In this document: in pieces, positions 1 to 12,010 of the stretch
Position numbering within the stretch: the stretch's first letter is position 1
How the letters are laid out: each line of letters starts with the position of its first letter
From: Schmidtea polychroa
Taxonomy: Eukaryota
DNA: 64,000 nucleotides
NCBI GenBank assembly: GCA_044892525.1
Contig: CM097885.1
Span: 31,250,001-31,314,000, forward strand
Reading direction: 5' to 3'
Made by a program: the position numbers and the translations under genes
The notes under the pieces: generated by a model
The model's input: the letters and a program-made list of their open reading frames with translations, nothing else
The model's database searches: none
What the model was told of the DNA's origin: nothing

Positions 1-3000
1 TGAAAAAGAAAATGACGTGTTTTGCATGCGGAGTTGAAGCCCACGTACGGCGGGAATGTTCAACGATTCAATGCCAGAGATGTCACTTACGTGGACACAA
101 GGAGATTAACTGCTATACAAATTTGAAAGAAGGAAGTTTCAAACTAATTTAAACATGAGAAACAATAATTATTATGCCCATCGAACCACAAGCTTTAAAC
201 AACAGATCAACAATCCAGGAAGAACTATTGCAACAATTGAAGCTAATGATGAGACGATGCCACTGGAGTATTCAGATGATGCAGAAGACAAATATGAGGA
301 TATCCAGCACCCAAAAGTACATGCTTCAACACGGGAGGCAATGATCGGAGCAATATACTAGGTAATTTTGATATTGATGTAAATATTGGTCATAAAAATT
401 TTGATAATGTAAATAATCTTTATATATATATATATATAATAATGTAGAACCTTCATGTAATAAAATTTGTAATTTTAAAAAGTTTCCTTTAAATAATTTT
501 AAATGTTATGGTTATTTTAATGCTGATCGATCTTTAATAAATAATAATAATAATCCTAAGAATCAAGAAGAGTATAATGAAATTAAAGAAGCAGAATATA
601 ATAATAAAATAGTAAATGAAAATGTTTATAAAATTATTAAAAAGGCAAAAGATAAATTAGAGAGAAATGAAATTGGGTGGATTAATGAAATATCAGAGGA
701 GCAAAATATTTTCACTAAAAATGAATGGAAACGATCGATACTGAGTTATGACAAAATGCAAGGTAGACCGAGTACAACTCTTGAAATTCAGGGCTTTAGA
801 ATGGAATGCTTACTAGATACAGGAGCAAGAGTAAATGTAATGGCAGAAGCAGTTGTGGACAAATTAGTGAATGTGAAAATCATAAAAACAGATGAGATGT
901 TAAGATGTGCCAAATAATAGTAAATTAGAGACAATCGGAAAAATACATATTGATGTCAGAATTGGTAATATGGAAAGAAAAATAACATTTATAATAGTTA
1001 AAAATATTGTTCCAGATATAATAGGCAGGGTGGAATTGCAGAAAGAGTTTGGAATTGAATTAAACTACATCAAGCAAAATGAAGAAGGATATAATGAATT
1101 TGTGTGTGAAATAGAAGCTAGATTTGGGGAAAAGATTACAGATAACGAGAGATGTCAAAAAGCAATAGAAATTCTAAGATTAAACAAAAATAAAAGACTG
1201 TTAGAGATTGTTAAAAACAATAAAAGTGTTTTTATGGCTAATAACTTGGATATCGGATGTACTGATTAAATTGCACATAAAATCATCACAAAAGAAGGGC
1301 CAATTATGATAAAACCCTGAAGACAACCCATCAATTTAGAGAAGAAAATAAATGCTGCTATAAAAAATTTAGAAAATAATGATATCATAAGAAAATGTAA
1401 TTCACCTTGGAATACGCCGTTAGTATGCGTGTGGAAAAAAGACAAAAAAGATATCAGACTTTGTTTAGATTTTAGACAGCTTAATAAGATTACTGAAAGA
1501 CAAGCTTTTATAAGTTCTATAGACCTTGGGAACACTTATTATCAGGTGAAATTGGACATATAATCGCAAGAAAAGACAGCATTTTCTACTAAAGAAGGGC
1601 AATTTTGTTTTAATAGAATGCCTTTTGGCATTGCGGTGGCACTGGGTACATTCCAAGAATTAATGACAAAAATATTGAAAGATCTATGGAAAGAAGGAGT
1701 TATGGTGTAATTAGACGATATTTTAATTTTTACAAGAACAATTGAAGAACATTACAATGTGTTTGGAAAAGTTCTAGAGAAAATACGGGAAGCTAAATTG
1801 AGAATCAACCCAGAAAAATGTCAGTTATTAAAGAGCGAAGTAAAGTTTTTAGGGCACATTATTAACAGTGAGGGGATTCGGACCGATCAAAGTAAAATTG
1901 AGGCTATTAAATCATTCCAGAGGCTTAAGTGTATAAAGAATTTGAGAAGTTTTTTAGGTATATATAACTATTATCGGAGATTTATTAAGGAATATGCAAC
2001 AAAATGAAAAGCGCTAGAAAGCATATGTGGAAACAATAGTGAAAAGATAATCTGGACTGAGGAATGTGAGAAAGCTTTCGAAGAAATGAAAATGGCTTTG
2101 ACTACAGCGCTAATTCTCGTATTTCCAGATTTCGAGAAAGAATTCATATTAGATACAGACGCAAGCTTTGATACAATTGGAGCTGTATTATCACAAAGAG
2201 ATGAAATGGGGCATGAACACGTTATTGCATATGGATCCCATGGAATGAGTAGCCATGAAAGAGGATATTGTATAACACGAAAAGAGCTTTTAGCTATATA
2301 TTATTTCTGTCGTCATTTCAGCCATTATTTATATGGTAAATGATTTGTTTTGCGCACTGATCATAAAGCAATAACTTTTATGTTAACGACAAAGAAGCCT
2401 ATAGCAGCACAGTTCTAAACGTGGATAAATTACTTGAGCAGTTTAGACATAAAAATGGAGTTCAGAAAAGGTACGGCGCATACGAATGCAGATATGCTGT
2501 CTAGAAATACATACGGAAAATGTGTACAATGTTTGATGGACCATGATAACCCCAAATCAGGGCGATTAAAAACTAGATTGTTAACATTGATGACAGAAAA
2601 TAATGGGAATGAATGGCAAAGAGATAATGCAGAAATACAAGATATAAAAGATCAAATAAATGAAAGGAAAAATAATAAATATATGTTAAAAGGAAATATT
2701 ATCTATACCAATCAAAACAAAATATGGATACCAGAAACAAAAAGACGAGAAATGATTAAGTAAACACATTTATTATTATGCCACGCAGGAGTAGAAAAAG
2801 TTATGAAATATATTAGGAACAATTTTGATATAGAAGATTTGCTAAATGAAGTAAAAGAGACTATTTCAATATGTGAAGCATGTCAGAAAACAAAGTTTTA
2901 ACTACAGAGTCAAAAGAAAAAACCCAAGTAATTCAAGTTTCAGAACCTATGGAGAAAATATACATGGATATTTGCAGTCCATTAAGAGAAACCTTCAGAG

Positions 3001-3982
3001 GAGAAAAATATATTTGTGCAATAATCGATCGTTACAGTAAATAAATATCTCTAACTCCTATTAGAAAGCAAGATGAAAATACAATAAAGGCAGTTCTGTT
3101 AAATAATTGGATATTGAAATTTGGAGCTCCTAAAGAACTACATGTTGATTGTGGAAAGAATTTCGAAGCAAATAGCATTAAAGAACTAGCAAAGGCAGCA
3201 GGAATTGAGTTGATATTTTCGAGTCCGTATCATCATAATACTAATGGTGTAATTGAAAGACAATTTCGTACTATAAGAGACTATATTAACGCGTCACTCA
3301 GAGAAGGAGTTTAAAAAAGTTGGGCAGAATTAATAGCTGATATAGAATACGTTTTAAATGCGACAGCTCAAAAAAACAACTGGAGTGAGTCCAGCAGAAA
3401 TTATATTTGGGAGAAAGATTAATAGATCGCAATGGCATGGTAATAATGAAGTAGATAGAAATGAAATCATGCGGAAATTAGAGGCTAAAAGACGGCAAGT
3501 GAAAGAAATTGGCACAACTAGGAACTTAAAAGTGGGGGACAAAGTATTGGTGAAACAAGAAATTAGAAACAAAGATCACGAGAGATATGAAGGACCAGAC
3601 ACAGTAATAAAACGAAATCATGAAAGAAGTTACTTATTAACAGACGAAAACGGGAGAAAAATAACGAGGAATATAGAAAAGTTAAAGCATTTTAAAGAAA
3701 GGGGGATGTAAGGAGTTTGTAAACCCCTATATAAAATTACAGCAACTATACATTGCAGTTAATAAAAACACTAAATTGCAATTTATGTTAGTAAAAATCT
3801 ATCTCGAAAAAGTGTTGTAAAATCGAATTTTTTAGTTACCGCATGTACGGAATAGTTTAGTCTGGGAATTTAGTTTCTTCGGGAGCCTAAATCTCGAAAA
3901 GTAATAAGTGATTTGAAAATAAAAATAGGTTTGAACATATATTTTACGTATCTACCCATACCTTGCTGGAATACACCTTATG
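1..3982 (+). mobile_element. Degenerate Ty3/Gypsy LTR retrotransposon, 5' part outside the window (gag Zn-knuckles, PR, RT, RNase H, IN, PPT, 3' LTR)
   Basis: Knuckles CFACGVEAHVRREC and CQRCHLRGHKEINC at ~18-114; protease LLDTGARVNV at ~810; RT motifs SPWNTPLVCVWKK, CLDFRQLN, RMPFG and degenerate (Y)LDDI; RNase H LDTDASFDTIGAVL; integrase HVDCGKNF, SPYHHNTNGVIER. Order PR-RT-RH-IN; many stops and frameshifts. Confidence 0.95.
3707..3982 (+). repeat. Putative 3' LTR of the Gypsy element
   Basis: Polypurine tract AAAGAAAGGGGGA directly followed by TGTAAGG at 3707; TATA-like CCTATATAAAA and AATAAA inside. Right end is uncertain (CCTTATG at 3976-3982). Confidence 0.6.
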
Positions 3983-4457
3983 CTGAAACACAGTGTACAA
4001 ACATAATATGTATTACACACCCATTATGACAATAAGTCGATCTCGACACACTCTTAACAAAAAAAGTAGATCTTGTATACAGAAAAGTTGAACACCCCTG
4101 TTATAAATAATGTTTGCAGTAAATCAATTAAATTGTTCCGTATATGAAACATTTTTTGCCTTCTTTCTTTCTGAACACTTTATTTTTTAACGAAAAGTAT
4201 AGAAATTGCAACTGAAAAATTTTGAAAAAGTACATAAATAAAGCTACTCTGAAATATTTAAAAAATATTCATCAATAGCTCACGATAGTGAGCGAACCAT
4301 CACAATCATAACAGACATCCACGAATGCCATTACAAATGGCATGAAATTGGCACGATTTGTAGGAGAATATAATTAAATTAATTAATTGAATAAAAAATT
4401 AAATAAATAAAAGTTAAATAAAATATTAAACGAATGTATGCTCTAGATTGATTTGGT

Positions 4458-6330
4458 GTACAAATTCCTTATGAATACATTACTCGACATTGAATAAAAA
4501 TCCTCGTGAAGATTTGTTTAAATATTTCAATTTCATTTCATTTTTGAATTTATTAAATATTATTATTTAATTACTAGTTAATTGCAAGGCGCCTAAGGCG
4601 CCCGTTGACAAATCATAAAATAAATGAACAGTTTGACATACTAAATATTTATTAAAAATTCAATTTCTTGTATTCTTAAGCAATTTGAAAATTATTTCTG
4701 TTATATATATGGAATGAAAAAAAAATTGCCAAAAAACTTAGAAAGCGCTTTTTCAAAACTCGTTATTCGTGTAAAAATTCTATGATAGTATTAGTGAAAG
4801 AGAGAATTTTTTATGATATTGTTAGGATCAACCAATCAGCGAGCGTTATAGAATCAGTCAGTGAATCAGTCAGTGAATCAGTGATGAGCGTAATTATATA
4901 TTATTTAATTATGGATGTTATAAATGCTACAAGTATAACAACTGTCATGGTGATCACGATGGCCAATTTTATTAAACCGCCAGAAAACTAGAAAATTCGA
5001 GCGAATATTGAAATTTTGTGCAAGAATGAAAGATTTTTCGAGCATTTGAGAAGAATACAGAAGGAAATTTGTAAAAGGCTTTTTATACGCTAATGCTACA
5101 AAGACATAAAACAACTCATGAAGACTGTAACTATTTGGATCGTCTAAGAGAAGCAATCAAAACGCCAATGAATTTTTATGGATGATTTTCAAGAAGCTCT
5201 CAAATATTGTTAAGGCAATCAAGCAAATGAGTTTTGTGGGAAAATAAATATATTAAATGAAGAGGAAATACAGAAATCTCTAATTTTCAATGCAATATAG
5301 AAGATATTGAAATGAAGAATGATTTAAAAATGAATGAATTCAACACTGTGGATGAAATGAAAGAAAGAATTAAGAAACATGAAAAGTAAATAATGAAATT
5401 TACTAAAACAACAGCCAAATTGCAGCACTGAAAACTAGTATTAAATTTGCAGATGTCGTAAAAGGTTCGAGGAACTTTCAAATAAAAACAGTTAGAAGAA
5501 GTGAAGCTCCAATTAAAAGAGAAGTCAGTAATTCGAGATCACATTATTTTATCGAAGATTTCAAACAAGATTTATTGATTTTCGATTTCAGGAAAATAAT
5601 ATGCGAATTTTAAAATGTTGGGCTTGCCACGAGAAAGAGCATAAGAGATCAGAATGTCCAAATGTTAAATCTAAAATTACTATAAATCAGGACATTTCCG
5701 TCATCAGTGTGTCGAGCTTCGATCAAACAAAGAACAAAAATATCTAAAACAAGTAGCAGCCATATTGCAAGTTGATGATGAAAATGAATGTCAATGCCCA
5801 AACGGATATGCTCCACCACAAGAGGTGGTGATCGGAGTAAATGTAAGTAATGTATTGCATAAGAAATATTTGAATGGGATGATTGATGCTTGTTTATCTC
5901 CTGTGAATGATAAAAAAATTAAATATTTAAATAATAATTATGATTGCTCGTTAGATTTAAATATGTATAGTGATTGGTGTGTTGATAAATAACGAATGGA
6001 TAATTTATTATGTAATAAAGACGATAATTTAAATTTTGATGAATATTTTTGTATAATTAATAATGATAATAATTTAACTAATAAAATAATAAAATATGAT
6101 AAATTAAATGAGACCTATTATTTCTATTTTTAGTAATAATCATGAATTTCGGTGTTTTTTAGATACAAGGGCAAAAATAAGTGTGATTGATATGTGTTTC
6201 TACAAAATGTATACAAATTCCTTATGCTTACATTACTAGATGCTGAATAAAAATCCTCGTGAAGATTTGTTTAAATACTGCAAACAAATTGCATTGCTCT
6301 TTGAATTTAAGAAATATTAGTATTTAATTA
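4458..6330 (+). mobile_element. Highly decayed LTR-retrotransposon gag/protease remnant flanked by ~120-bp imperfect direct repeats
   Basis: Direct repeats TACAAATTCCTTATG...GAATAAAAATCCTCGTGAAGATTTGTTTAAATA at ~4458 and ~6211; Zn-knuckle CWACHEKEHKRSEC at ~5616; protease-like FLDTRAKISVID at ~6155. Confidence 0.6.
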
Positions 6331-6675
6331 TGGATGTTATCAATACCAAGAGTATAATAACTAACATAACTAACATTGACTATTTTCGAATTTAGCAGAA
6401 ACAACATCACAGCAACACAAAAAAAATTATTAATTTAAAATTTCAAAAATATTCAAAATGTATTGAATTGACCTGAGAAAACTAAATAATTTATGTTATA
6501 GACGTTACATAATTATCATTTATTTTCATTTCGATTATAGATCGATGTTTTTTTGACAAAATGTAGATAAATGACATTTAAGTCAAAACAAATCAAAGGT
6601 GAACAAAGGGATAACTAAATTTACTGATTGTTATTTAATTATTTGTTGTGGAAATAACTTATTAATTTAATTTAG

Positions 6676-8430
6676 ATATCTGTGTAAAATTTTAAAAGAG
6701 AAAAAAGGTTTCAAAATGGTTTTAGAAAAGGTCGAAAATTTATATTATGAAATTTTATTAATTATTTAATTTTAGCCTGAATATCTTAATATATGTTTCT
6801 GGTACACACCGGAAAAATTTCGACACATTGAAGGCGAGAAAGAGAAACATAAAATTCTTAATAAAGTAATTTTTAATGTATTAAAAATGGCTTGTTATTG
6901 GCGACTAAATTTTATCTGGTTCCTGGTGTCCTTATTGTCCCAACAATAAATTAAGGTCCATGAACATCACGACCACAATACAAGTTAGATCGAATAAAAT
7001 GGTCAAATAATCAAAATCAAATAATGAAACAGAGATCGAGTTGTTAAGCGAATAATGTGACAGTCCATCAATGTGTATTTATCCCAAAATGATAATTTCA
7101 GATTCAAATCGTATTGATGGAGCAGCAACTGACTCGGATAAACAAAATTCTTAGCTCCAGGAATAATTTAGTCAAATTTATGTTCACATTTTAACTGTGT
7201 TCCTCTCGAAAAAATTTCCTAACACTTCTTTGCACTTGCTGCTAGAGTGTAGCAATTTTAGTTGAATTTTTTCTAGTAACATTATTTTAGCATTTATTAT
7301 TAAGTCAATATTATAATGGAGTTATTATATTGAGTTCTTTATATATCATTTTGTTGCGTAGGTAGGCTTGCCAACTCTCCCGTTTTTGCCGGAAGTCTCC
7401 CGGAATCGGCTTCCGTCTCCCGGTTAACGATGACCCGGGAGATTTAAATCTCCCGTCTTTCCGTTTTTACAATATTTTACAATTTTTCAAGAAAAAAGTG
7501 CAGTTTTTGAAGTTTTAACTTTTATTTGATTTCTCTAAAATCATCAAAGCTATTGGAGTCAGCCCGACGACATGAAAAATAAAATTTTAAAAACAAACAA
7601 AAATAGCATGATTTGTAAACTGTACTATGTAATATGTATAAATAATTGTTCTGTTTAAATCTTTATCATATTAGTCATCATATAGTTAAAATCACTAACA
7701 TATGTAAACCAAAAAAGTGAAACAACACTTGTTATATTATTTTTTAAGCGTTATACTGTTCGCAATTTTATAATCTCCCGGGTTAGAGGTTGTGAGAGTT
7801 GGCGACCCTATGTGTAGACTATGTATAAAAATTATTGAGCCCAGTCGAGTCATCGATAAAATTTGCCTTGGGACACCCGCTATGTCTGTTTGTATATGTG
7901 GTGATTGCGTGTGGGTGAATTCAGATTTTTGTATTATAAAATATAACAAAAAAATAACATACTGTAACATTTCTTTGTTTTGAAATGTTTTACTGACTTT
8001 TATTTCTTTAACATGGCTAACTTATTTAACAATCCAAAAAAATGAAAAGCTCCTTTTGTTGAATTTAAATTATAAAAATTGAAAATATTTTCTTAATTTC
8101 CCATGTCTCCCTTGGGATGTCTATCGAAGCGTGAACCAAAATCGTAAAGATTTTAAATAGTTTGTGATTGTGTCAATATTTATGAGAAATTCAAACAATA
8201 GTTGTGATATTTGCCGTTTTCATTACATAATTCAATTTATTAAGGTAACGGCAAAAATCAAGCAGTCAATGCTTGAAACTGGAACAACAATGATAAATTA
8301 TCAACCACTCTTTGGAAAACCAAACTTTTTTCGAATTATTTTATCAAATGCTTCTTGTAGAAAAGATGACCTTGATTTCGTAATAGATGAAATTGTCAAA
8401 TTAGGCGAAGAAATAGTTTTGGATTGCTGA
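6676..8430 (+). CDS. PLP-dependent group II decarboxylase (GAD/GADL1/CSAD family), last three exons: 6676-6730, 6776-6865, 8245-8430
   Basis: Spliced peptide YLCKILKEKKGFKMVLEK/PEYLNICFWYTP...ILNK/VTAKIKQSMLETGTTMINYQPLFGKPNFFRIILSN...DLDFVIDEIVKLG matches the GAD/CSAD C-terminus; phase-consistent GT-AG introns; upstream exons not found in the window. Confidence 0.9.
7363..7810. mobile_element. hAT-type MITE in the decarboxylase intron
   Basis: TIRs TAGGCTTGCCAACTCTC and GAGAGTTGGCGACCCTA; degenerate 8-bp TSD TGCGTAGG/TGTGTAGA. Confidence 0.75.
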
Positions 8431-9275
8431 AAAGATTTTACGACAATAGATGGCGGCGTTATTGGAACGGTTTATTAAACAGTTTATAATTATTGTTTAT
8501 CTATCTATAGTTAACTATAGTTAAACAAAAAATACTTTTGCATTCCTTTGTTTTAATGTACTTACTCGTTTATTTGTTTTACTTTTTATTTATAAAAATA
8601 TACTTTGTCTTTGTGAATTCATCTCTAAATATTCAATTTTGAGTTTTAATTAATTATTTAATATGTAAAATGGGTTAGATCGCAAAATACGGCCTTTTTT
8701 CAAAATAAGAATTTGAATTATTTATTTATTTAATCCCTATGTCAATATATTTAAAAATTTCAGGAAAGAGAGCTCTTGGAGAATATGAAATAATAGATAT
8801 TTTACAGAATACTGGCTTTTTAAAAACGCAAGTTAATTGTGAAAATTGCACAATTTTTTTGGGTCTACAGGTGTATAACGCGCACCTTGATGGCTTTAAT
8901 TTTAGGTGAAATTCATGCACGAATAAATCATCTATCAGAATTGGATCTATTCTGAGTAATTCAAAGCTTAGTTTAAGCAAAGTCTTGAGTCTAATTTATA
9001 GGTTTTCCCATGAAATACTTGTTGTTGTTGATACCGGTTTGGAACCCGGTACAACTAATATAATATATTTTTAGAGAGGCTCTAGAAAATCATGAAAAGG
9101 CTAATTTTGAAAATCTCGGTGGAGAAAATCACAAGGTGCAGATTGACGAGATTGTCATCTCCAAAAAGAAAATATAACAGAGGTAGAGTGTTGCCTCAAC
9201 AGTGGTTTTTTGGCGCAATAGATATCATTTCAAATCATTGTATTTTACGATGCATAGATAATAGAAGTAGAGAAA

Positions 9276-10829
9276 AGTAGTAGGATTGGGGCTCCCCAGA
9301 TCAGGAGCTCCCCGCATCACATATACCCCCTCCCCCCCCCCCCCGGGAAAAAATTTTTTTTTTAAAAAATAAAAGGTCAAGGTCATTTATTTTTTTTTTT
9401 TATTTAATTTTTTGTTTTAATTAAGTGATCTGGCGGGCTCCTACTTTTTTTCATCCCAAAAATTAATGTTCCCGCCAACGGACTTTATTGGACGATACCT
9501 CATCTTAAAGCTCAGTCCAAGACCTTTCGAATGAGCTATAGGTATCATATATATCCTTAATAGTTTTAATGTTATTAACAATTGATGACCACCATCTTTT
9601 CAACGTTAAATTATTATTATTTTCCAAAATATTATTAAGTGATCTGGCGGGCTCACACTTTTTTTTCATCCCAAAAATTAATGTTCCCACCAACAGATTT
9701 TATTGACCGATACCTCATCTTAAAGCCCAGTCCAAGACCTTTCGAATGAGCTATAGGTATCATATATATCTTTAATAGTTTTAATGTTATTAACATTTGA
9801 TGACCACCATCTTTTCAACGTTAAATTATTATTATTATTCAAAATATTATTAATTGGCCGGGCGGGGACATACTTTTTCTCATCCCAAAAATTAATGTTG
9901 CCATTATTCGAATTTATTAATCGATAGCTTATTTTGAAGCGTAGTCTAAGACCTTTCAATTGAGCCATAGAAGGTATCATCATCATTAACATCGGCAAAG
10001 TTATTAAAGTTTTACCGAGACCATTTTTCAAGGTCATTTATTTTTCAAAATATTATTTTCAAGGTCAAGGTCAAGGTCATTTATTTTTTCAAGGTCATTT
10101 ATTTTTTCAAGGTCATTTATTTTTTCAAGGTCATTTATTTTTTCAAGGTCATATTTTAAAATTTAAATGTACAGAGTTCCCGACAACGATAATTATTCAA
10201 CGATAGCTCATTTTAAAGCCCAATGCAAGACCTTTCGATTGATTCATAGAAGGTATCATCATCATTATTATTGACAAAGTTATTAACAATTGATGACCAC
10301 CATCTTTTCAACGTTAAATTATTATTATTTTCCAAAATATTATTAATTGGCCGGGAGGGCCCCTACTCTTTTTCATCCCAAAAATTAATGTTCCCATTAT
10401 CCGAATTTATTGGACGATACCTCATCTTAAAGCTCAGTCCAAGACCTTTCGAATGAGCCATAGAAGGTATCATCATCATTAATATTAACAAAGAGAATGA
10501 CTCACCCAATGACTCACCCAACGATGTCTAATATTTTTAGAACGATGACTCATCAAGGTCATTCCCAAGGTCATATGACTCATCAAGGTCAAGGTCATTT
10601 TTTTTTTAATTTAATTTTTTGTTTTAATTAAGTAATCTTTTTATTTTCAAGGTCATTTAATTTTCAAGGTCATTTAATTTTCAAGGTCATTTAATTTTTC
10701 AAGGTCATTTAATTTTCAAGGTCATTTACTTTTCAAGGTCATTTAATTTTTCAAGGTCATTTATTAAAATAATTATTATTTTCTAAGTTTTTAGTTTCTA
10801 AGTTTTATTATTATTATTATTATTATTAT
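9276..10829 (+). repeat. Left terminal inverted repeat (~1.55 kb) of ~214-bp degenerate units plus TCAAGGTCA/TGACTCA arrays
   Basis: Reverse complement of 22601-23953 apart from one extra ~214-bp unit and one extra 17-bp unit; looser homology continues inward to ~10960. Confidence 0.93.
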
Positions 10830-10831
10830 CA

Positions 10832-10965
10832 TATATACACCGAGTCTATCCGACAAGATATTCTGTCTCCCTATGGGTATTGCTAGCAAGGGTACTACTC
10901 ACATTCAACAAGTCACAAATGTACTACTCACACTCAACAAGTCACATGGGTACTGTTCACAAAGC
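10832..10965 (+). repeat. Conserved ~65-bp motif (TATATAC..AGTCTATCCGACAAGATATTCTGTCYCCCTATGGGTA) followed by 29-bp tandem units
   Basis: Further copies on - at ~19335-19420, ~21210-21301, ~22470-22591 and on + at ~63440-63505. Confidence 0.85.
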
Positions 10966-11027
10966 TACTGGTAAAAATATTCAAGACAAAACTTTCTAAA
11001 TTCTAAATATTATTCTTTAAATATACA

Positions 11028-11386
11028 CTAAAATTTATTAACACATTCACATTCATCATCTCCACAGTTCATAACATTTTCAACAACATGATCTATACAA
11101 TCCCTATATACACACGGTTCAGTATCCGTAAATTCCTCCATAGGTTCATCAATTTCTTGAATGCTTTCCTCATCATCTTGAGTGTTTTCTTCATCTGTTT
11201 CATCAAATTCCGAATCTTCACTCTCTGCTACCCAGTCTATATTTAATGCGTTTGTAACAGATAATATATCCGCCATTTTCACACCAGATATTTCTGCTAA
11301 TTTTTCCAATAAAAAGTTTATTATAAATTCTAAATATTAAATAATTCGATAATTAACTAATCATATTAACCTTTTTCTGTAGTCAT
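11028..11386 (-). CDS. Polinton small acidic protein of unknown function; exons 11386-11371 and 11329-11028
   Basis: ATG ACT ACA GAA AAA G|GTTAAT...TTTAG|AA TTT: a 41-bp intron joins in frame to give MTTEKEFIINFLLEKLAEISG...; D/E-rich middle and Cys-containing C-terminus. Confidence 0.7.
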
Positions 11387-11482
11387 TATTAGTATTTTAA
11401 AACTATAGTATATATTTGTTTATAGAAAATATAGAATATAAGCGAAAACAAATATGACTAAATACATTTATTAAATACAACA

Positions 11483-11902
11483 TTAAAATAACTGTGAAAG
11501 TCTAGCAGACATAATTTTCCAAATTGGAGAATACACATCATTATTATCAACTTTATATCCTTGGATTGTAATTGTTATATACCAATTTTCGTTTTCTTTG
11601 AAACTGATTTCATCAAAGGAATCATAAAATTTTGCATATCGGTTGTTGAAAAATGCATTTTGATTGCATGATAGATTCGTATTCAACCTTTTGAAAACAT
11701 CATCTATGGTTTTAATATCTAACATTGAAAGCGTGCCGGTTAAGAATTGAAATTGGGTAGGAATTAGCTTGATCGGTGACACCAATTTCATATTGATTTC
11801 TTCTTTTAAAAAATACATTTTGTAGTTGTGGAACATTTGAACAGGTTGTACAAGTTCTGGAACTACTTTTGGTTTTTCAGTGCTTGAAATTTTCTTGGTC
11901 AT
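11483..11902 (-). CDS. Polinton hypothetical protein (139 aa)
   Basis: Intact ORF with upstream TATAAAA and CCAAT boxes; no family recognised with certainty. Confidence 0.75.
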   Translation of the reverse strand: MTKKISSTEKPKVVPELVQPVQMFHNYKMYFLKEEINMKLVSPIKLIPTQFQFLTGTLSMLDIKTIDDVFKRLNTNLSCNQNAFFNNRYAKFYDSFDEISFKENENWYITITIQGYKVDNNDVYSPIWKIMSARLSQLF

Positions 11903-11935
11903 TGTGAATTATGATTAAAATGAAATGGTATAGGG

Positions 11936-11969
11936 TTTTTATACCTATGACTATTGTTTATCATCCAAT
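11936..11969 (-). promoter_or_regulatory. Pol II-type core promoter (TATA box plus CCAAT box) for the 139-aa gene
   Basis: Minus strand reads CTGATTGG...GGTATAAAAACC; TATA box at 11943-11936, ~40 bp upstream of the ATG at 11902. Confidence 0.55.
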
Positions 11970-12010
11970 CAGATTGCAGTATGTTTTTGTTTTAATTGAA
12001 TGATAAATAA

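Noticed and set aside
9505..10456. ORFs in the TIRs (9505-9693, 9720-10037, 10271-10456 and mirrors at 22988-23724)
   Set aside because: They derive from ~214-bp repeat units whose frames shift and stop between copies; no coding evidence.
10028..10762. CRISPR-like appearance of the short regular repeats
   Set aside because: Spacers are near-identical A/T runs rather than unique sequences; no cas genes; eukaryotic context.
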